Shown one piece after another: positions 26,430 to 30,258 of a stretch of 30,258 nucleotides of DNA (position 1 is the first letter of the stretch; every line of letters begins with the position of its first letter). The DNA comes from Candidatus Thorarchaeota archaeon. Its GTDB lineage: Archaea; Asgardarchaeota; Thorarchaeia; Thorarchaeales; Thorarchaeaceae. Below the pieces are notes generated by a model. The model ran no database searches. It was not told the origin of the DNA and was given only the letters and a program-made list of their open reading frames with translations. The stretch spans positions 1 to 30,258 of the forward strand of contig JAOUFI010000024.1 in the NCBI GenBank assembly GCA_029858305.1. Direction: 5' to 3'. A program made the translations under genes and the position numbers.

Positions 26430-27598
26430 ACCAATCAATTAGAGTTGTCAAAGCCTGCTTCCTCAAGGAGCTACGTGTTTGGCAACGAAACCCTCGTAAA
26501 CTCATGCTAGTGATTCTTCTACCTCTGATGTTTTTCATGGGATTCAGTCTACTCATGGGGGGAGTATATTACGGAACAGGTGTTGATACAGCGCTTATTG
26601 TGGAAGAACAAAATCCGGGACTCTACACAAATGGATTGATTGAAATCCTGCAAGAAAGTGATCCTATCCCACCAAGACTCAATCCCATTCCCATGGATGC
26701 AGAGACTGCTGACGCTCTCTTTCAGAGTGGTGACATTCTACTGGTCATTACAATTCCTGATGGTTTTGAAGAAGCACTCCTAACCAATGGGACAACATCA
26801 ATTCACATTCAAGTGGCAAATATACACGAAGACCTGACGAAGAATCTGAGGATGCCCGTCATCCGAAAAATCGACATCTTCTACCAGACATACCTTTTGA
26901 ATGACTCATTGGTTGACTTTGAGGTCGAAACACTACGTCCATTTTCACCTCCACGTCTTGGTTACATGGCTTGGACAATTGCAATCTATTCCATCATGTT
27001 TAGTGCAATCTTTGCAGGTGGATCCGCTATGACCCAAGAGTTCGAACAGAAGACGATGGATGAACTTACACTATCGAATCAACCACCACAATACATCTAC
27101 ATTGGAAAGATATTGAGTGGCGTAGTAATCAGCTTCATTGCTCCGCCCATTCTTTTTGCACTAAGCTATCTTATGTTTGGTATCTGGCCTCTCGGAGATC
27201 TTCTGACCTTTCTCTTATTGAGTTCTTTACTCTCCATGTTTTGCTCGGGAATAGGGATAATTGCAGGAGCAATCTTGCGTAATTCTGTGTTTGTTGTGCC
27301 TGTGGCTGCTCTCGGTGGCATTTTCTATTGGATTGTAGGTGGCGGAATAGCGCCACTAGAACTTGTAGGATCTTCTTTTGGTGCATTCAACGAATATCTG
27401 CCAGTAGCTAATGTATATCGCTCATTGATCAGGATGTTCATTGATGGAAGCTATAGCTGGCTGACGGTAGATGCAGCAGTCATAGGTATCTTTGCACTTA
27501 CATTTGTCATAATCTCTCCCTTGGCAGCACATAGGGCTTCCCAAGTGAACTACGGACAGAAGATACAGAGTCTGAGAAACCGGAGACAGCGCAATTGA
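26426..27598 (+). CDS. ABC-2 exporter permease 2
   Basis: ATG 26426 overlaps the preceding TGA (ATGA) with AGGAGG RBS; 'LKELRVWQRNPR', 'EFEQKTMDEL', 'GKIL'. Confidence 0.9.
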   Translation: MNQSIRVVKACFLKELRVWQRNPRKLMLVILLPLMFFMGFSLLMGGVYYGTGVDTALIVEEQNPGLYTNGLIEILQESDPIPPRLNPIPMDAETADALFQSGDILLVITIPDGFEEALLTNGTTSIHIQVANIHEDLTKNLRMPVIRKIDIFYQTYLLNDSLVDFEVETLRPFSPPRLGYMAWTIAIYSIMFSAIFAGGSAMTQEFEQKTMDELTLSNQPPQYIYIGKILSGVVISFIAPPILFALSYLMFGIWPLGDLLTFLLLSSLLSMFCSGIGIIAGAILRNSVFVVPVAALGGIFYWIVGGGIAPLELVGSSFGAFNEYLPVANVYRSLIRMFIDGSYSWLTVDAAVIGIFALTFVIISPLAAHRASQVNYGQKIQSLRNRRQRN

Positions 27599-28438
27599 TC
27601 ATCCGCGTGCTGGGCAACAAATAGCATAGAGGTAGTTGGATAGAGTTGCCTCTGTGTCCTCTCCATAGACCATTCTCCAAGAGAATGATCTTTCTCTGAA
27701 CCCATATTTATGTAATAGACCCAATGATTTGAAATTCCTCTCGAGTACACCTATCCTCAGACTGTCTGCTTCAACGCTCTGAGCAAAATCTAGAAGGAGC
27801 GGCTCTGCAGAAACATCTAATTCATTCATAGCCCAAGGACCTATTCGAACAGAATTGCCACTAGTGCTTCCCATGATGTATCCCAGCAGCTCTCCACCAA
27901 TCTCATGCACTTTGCAATACTCAGGGTAAGCAGCAAACCTCATTCTAAGGAATTTGTCTCTTCTTCCACCAAACAGACTGGCATCCAAATCGGAAATAGG
28001 AGAGAGGTCTTTCTGAGTCATACCGCGAACATGACTTGATTTTGTTCCGGAAATTGAGCCTTCAAGTCGTAAGGATTTGCAGATTTTTCTGAAACCCAAT
28101 CTCTCGTACAGTTTCAATGCCTTTGGCACAGCATCTATGAGTATCGACTTCGCCCCATGAATGCGAAGATAGTTCATTCCATACTCCATGAGTGATTTAC
28201 CATATTGCTGCCCCCTATATGGTTCACGCACAATCAGATTACCAATGAATCCAAATACACCATAGGAAACAGTACAGACCATCCCAATCGGTTCTGATTC
28301 AATCTCCCCGATAAAACAACCATGAGGATCATATTCCAGTAATTCTTCAAAATCACGTTTTGTACTGTTCCATTTCTCGGCACTTGTCAAGGCTAACGCG
28401 AAAACTATGTCGTCATGAAACATTGGTCTGATGTTCAT
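27599..28438 (-). CDS. GNAT-family N-acetyltransferase (two-domain, YitH-like)
   Basis: 'IGNLIVREPYRGQQYGKSLM' acetyl-CoA motif A, 'LYERLGF', second domain 'DASLFGGRR...RIGPW'; start set to ATG 28438. Confidence 0.88.
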   Translation of the reverse strand: MNIRPMFHDDIVFALALTSAEKWNSTKRDFEELLEYDPHGCFIGEIESEPIGMVCTVSYGVFGFIGNLIVREPYRGQQYGKSLMEYGMNYLRIHGAKSILIDAVPKALKLYERLGFRKICKSLRLEGSISGTKSSHVRGMTQKDLSPISDLDASLFGGRRDKFLRMRFAAYPEYCKVHEIGGELLGYIMGSTSGNSVRIGPWAMNELDVSAEPLLLDFAQSVEADSLRIGVLERNFKSLGLLHKYGFRERSFSWRMVYGEDTEATLSNYLYAICCPARG

Positions 28439-28511
28439 CAATTCCACACTCCACTCTATCATAAAGGTAGAATACTTCAATATGACATAATGTAAGAACG
28501 CAAAATTATGC

Positions 28512-29663
28512 TCAGCCTATATCTATTGGTGTTTCAATCAATTCAACGGGTTCAATCTCAATTCTATGCCTATTATTGGACCAGAACAAACAGAGGGAGA
28601 TGATTGACATAGCCGTGGCAAAGAACATTATTGGTGAATATCCTGGCCAGATAGTATAGATTACTGCAGCAATAACAGGTCCAATCACTCCGGAGAGGGC
28701 TAGCATTGATTGGAGAAGTCCTGAGGCAGTTGATCTATCCTTATTATTCTCTGTCACATACTTCAAAGCTCCAACATAGAGGCATGCCCAAGATAGCCCA
28801 AGAGCAATCTGCGAAGGCAATATCTCCACTATATCTCTAGCTAATGGAAACCATGCAAATGTAATAGCTGAGGCAAGTAGTCCAATCAGTATTAATTTTC
28901 GACTCCCCATACGATCTGTAATCGACACCATGAAGATTACTTGTGCAACAGAATTGGTTGCTTGGACGATTGCAATAGTAAAAGGCGTTCCCCCAAGGTC
29001 GTATAAGAAGAGAGGCCATAGAGCCCACACTGCGGCTGCACTACTGTGTCTGAGGAGGACTGCTAAATAGACATGTAGATTTCGTTTGAGGGTTTCGACT
29101 GGAAACAATGGTACTCTCATTGAAATCCTTGGTATCTTTGGCAATGATAGGGCTGATGCAAAAGCAATCGCCAAGAAGAGTGTAGACATAACGAAAGCGT
29201 AATAGATGTTGTACCCCGCTGCAAATCCTGCTAATAGAGTGCCAATTGCCCAGCCTGCTGCGCCCCATGTGGCAAAGCGCCCCATCTTAATATTTGACTC
29301 ATAAGCATAAGCAGCAAGAGCCCCTGGATACATTCCTATACAAAAGCCATTAGTCATACGTACAATGAGTAATGCTTCAAGACTTGTGGAAACAAGAAGC
29401 ATTGAGAAGCTGATTGTCGCTAGTAGAAGTCCTAATCTAATGATTACCCTTCTCCCATAGATATCGCCAGCTCTCCCAAAGATGTATGATGCAATGAATG
29501 ATGCTGCTGCATACCCTCCAACTATGTAAGTGATGAAAATCTCTGAGATACCTAGATGTTCTCTCGCCAGAATTGGCACGAATGTATAGGCTGAGAGCAT
29601 AGCAGCCCCAGCCATTATCTGGATTGTCTCAGTCTTCAAGTAGAAATCACTGAAGTGGCGCAA
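28512..29663 (-). CDS. MFS transporter
   Basis: About 12 TMs; motif A 'FGRAGDIYGRR' and repeat 'TDRMGSRK'; TTG start after AGGAG. Confidence 0.92.
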   Translation of the reverse strand: MRHFSDFYLKTETIQIMAGAAMLSAYTFVPILAREHLGISEIFITYIVGGYAAASFIASYIFGRAGDIYGRRVIIRLGLLLATISFSMLLVSTSLEALLIVRMTNGFCIGMYPGALAAYAYESNIKMGRFATWGAAGWAIGTLLAGFAAGYNIYYAFVMSTLFLAIAFASALSLPKIPRISMRVPLFPVETLKRNLHVYLAVLLRHSSAAAVWALWPLFLYDLGGTPFTIAIVQATNSVAQVIFMVSITDRMGSRKLILIGLLASAITFAWFPLARDIVEILPSQIALGLSWACLYVGALKYVTENNKDRSTASGLLQSMLALSGVIGPVIAAVIYTIWPGYSPIMFFATAMSIISLCLFWSNNRHRIEIEPVELIETPIDIG

Positions 29664-29784
29664 CTACAACTCCTTTTCAATAATCCTATGTAATCAATTA
29701 AACAAGAACCGATGTTCTGTTGCAAAACCTTTTCTCTTCTCAATCGAAAGTTAACTTGAAGTTTATCGACAGGATGGTTGAAAA

Positions 29785-30183
29785 TTGGTCAAATTGACTC
29801 CAAGAATTAAATTCATCGCAATTACTATTGACGAATTGCTACTGGTTCCACTTCTTATCGTTCTGGCATACTACTTCGTGCCGGAGTTGTTCCTCTTCAC
29901 AATAGTTGCATCCATCATTGGTGCAGCCATATTCGTAGGCATCAAATATTATCTGGTATACGATTCTCTAAAGGAGGGTTCATATTACCTCTATGATCTT
30001 GCAGGTACTAGATGTATGGTGATTGAGCAAGTCACACATAATTCTGGGAAAGTGAAAGTAGGCGCTGAAATCTGGGATGCTAGGTCAGATTATGGCGAGA
30101 TTCCCCGCGGTACAGAAGCTGTCATTGTTTCCAGAGAGAACTTCAAAGTGAGAGTCAAGCCCTGGCAAAGTGACCAGAACTAG
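29785..30183 (+). CDS. NfeD-like protein (short form: two TMs + OB-fold)
   Basis: 'GKVKVGAEIWDARS...IPRGTEAVIVSRENFKVRVKP' NfeD C-terminal OB-fold after hydrophobic helices. Confidence 0.85.
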   Translation: MVKLTPRIKFIAITIDELLLVPLLIVLAYYFVPELFLFTIVASIIGAAIFVGIKYYLVYDSLKEGSYYLYDLAGTRCMVIEQVTHNSGKVKVGAEIWDARSDYGEIPRGTEAVIVSRENFKVRVKPWQSDQN

Positions 30184-30257
30184 TGGATGAGGAATTTTTC
30201 AATAAGATGCAGAAGCATCTCAACATCCTTCATGTTAATCGTTTCAAAGCTACTATG
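30180..30257 (-). CDS. 3' end of a probable M42/M20-type metallopeptidase (partial, runs off the window)
   Basis: Hand translation HSSFETINMKDVEMLLHLIEKFLIH* resembles the 'HS..E.....D.E' C-terminal motif of these peptidases; only 25 codons visible. Confidence 0.45.
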   Translation of the reverse strand, partial: HSSFETINMKDVEMLLHLIEKFLIH

Positions 30258-30258
30258 A

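Noticed and set aside
1-30258. tRNA, rRNA, IS elements, integrases, defence systems
   Set aside because: No cloverleaf or T-loop consensus, rRNA-like tract, transposase/integrase motif or terminal inverted repeats recognised by eye; tRNAscan-SE and Infernal would be needed to exclude small RNAs

Overview
Gene-dense archaeal window that reads as Asgard archaeon (most likely Thorarchaeia): GGTGA/GAGG ribosome-binding sites, frequent TTG/GTG starts, and two tandem Asgard-type profilins. From 5' to 3' it holds: housekeeping genes (PAC2 chaperone, NIP7-like PUA protein + NOP2/RsmB methyltransferase, cytosine deaminase, threonine synthase, CYTH/CyaB, HD protein); an 11.3-kb five-gene MoxR/DUF58/DUF4350 operon headed by a 2041-aa surface protein whose transglutaminase-like domain appears to have lost all three catalytic residues and is followed by about 14 Ig-like repeats; an OPT-like transporter; DUF167; two profilins; a winged-helix regulator; a Trm112-like-fused methyltransferase; TrmB; an ABC-2 exporter; GNAT; MFS; and an NfeD-like protein. 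The most notable unannotated signal is in the apparent intergenic gap 21.5-22.15 kb. Three consecutive micro-ORFs (35, 29 and 40 aa) lie there, two of them evidently paralogous with synonymous codon divergence. They sit behind a six-copy CAATGGTTT-like operator array, divergent from the winged-helix regulator. A second motif, TGTCAC-N7-GTGACA, occurs twice around the TrmB/ABC locus. All family calls come from motif recognition by eye, not database searches.
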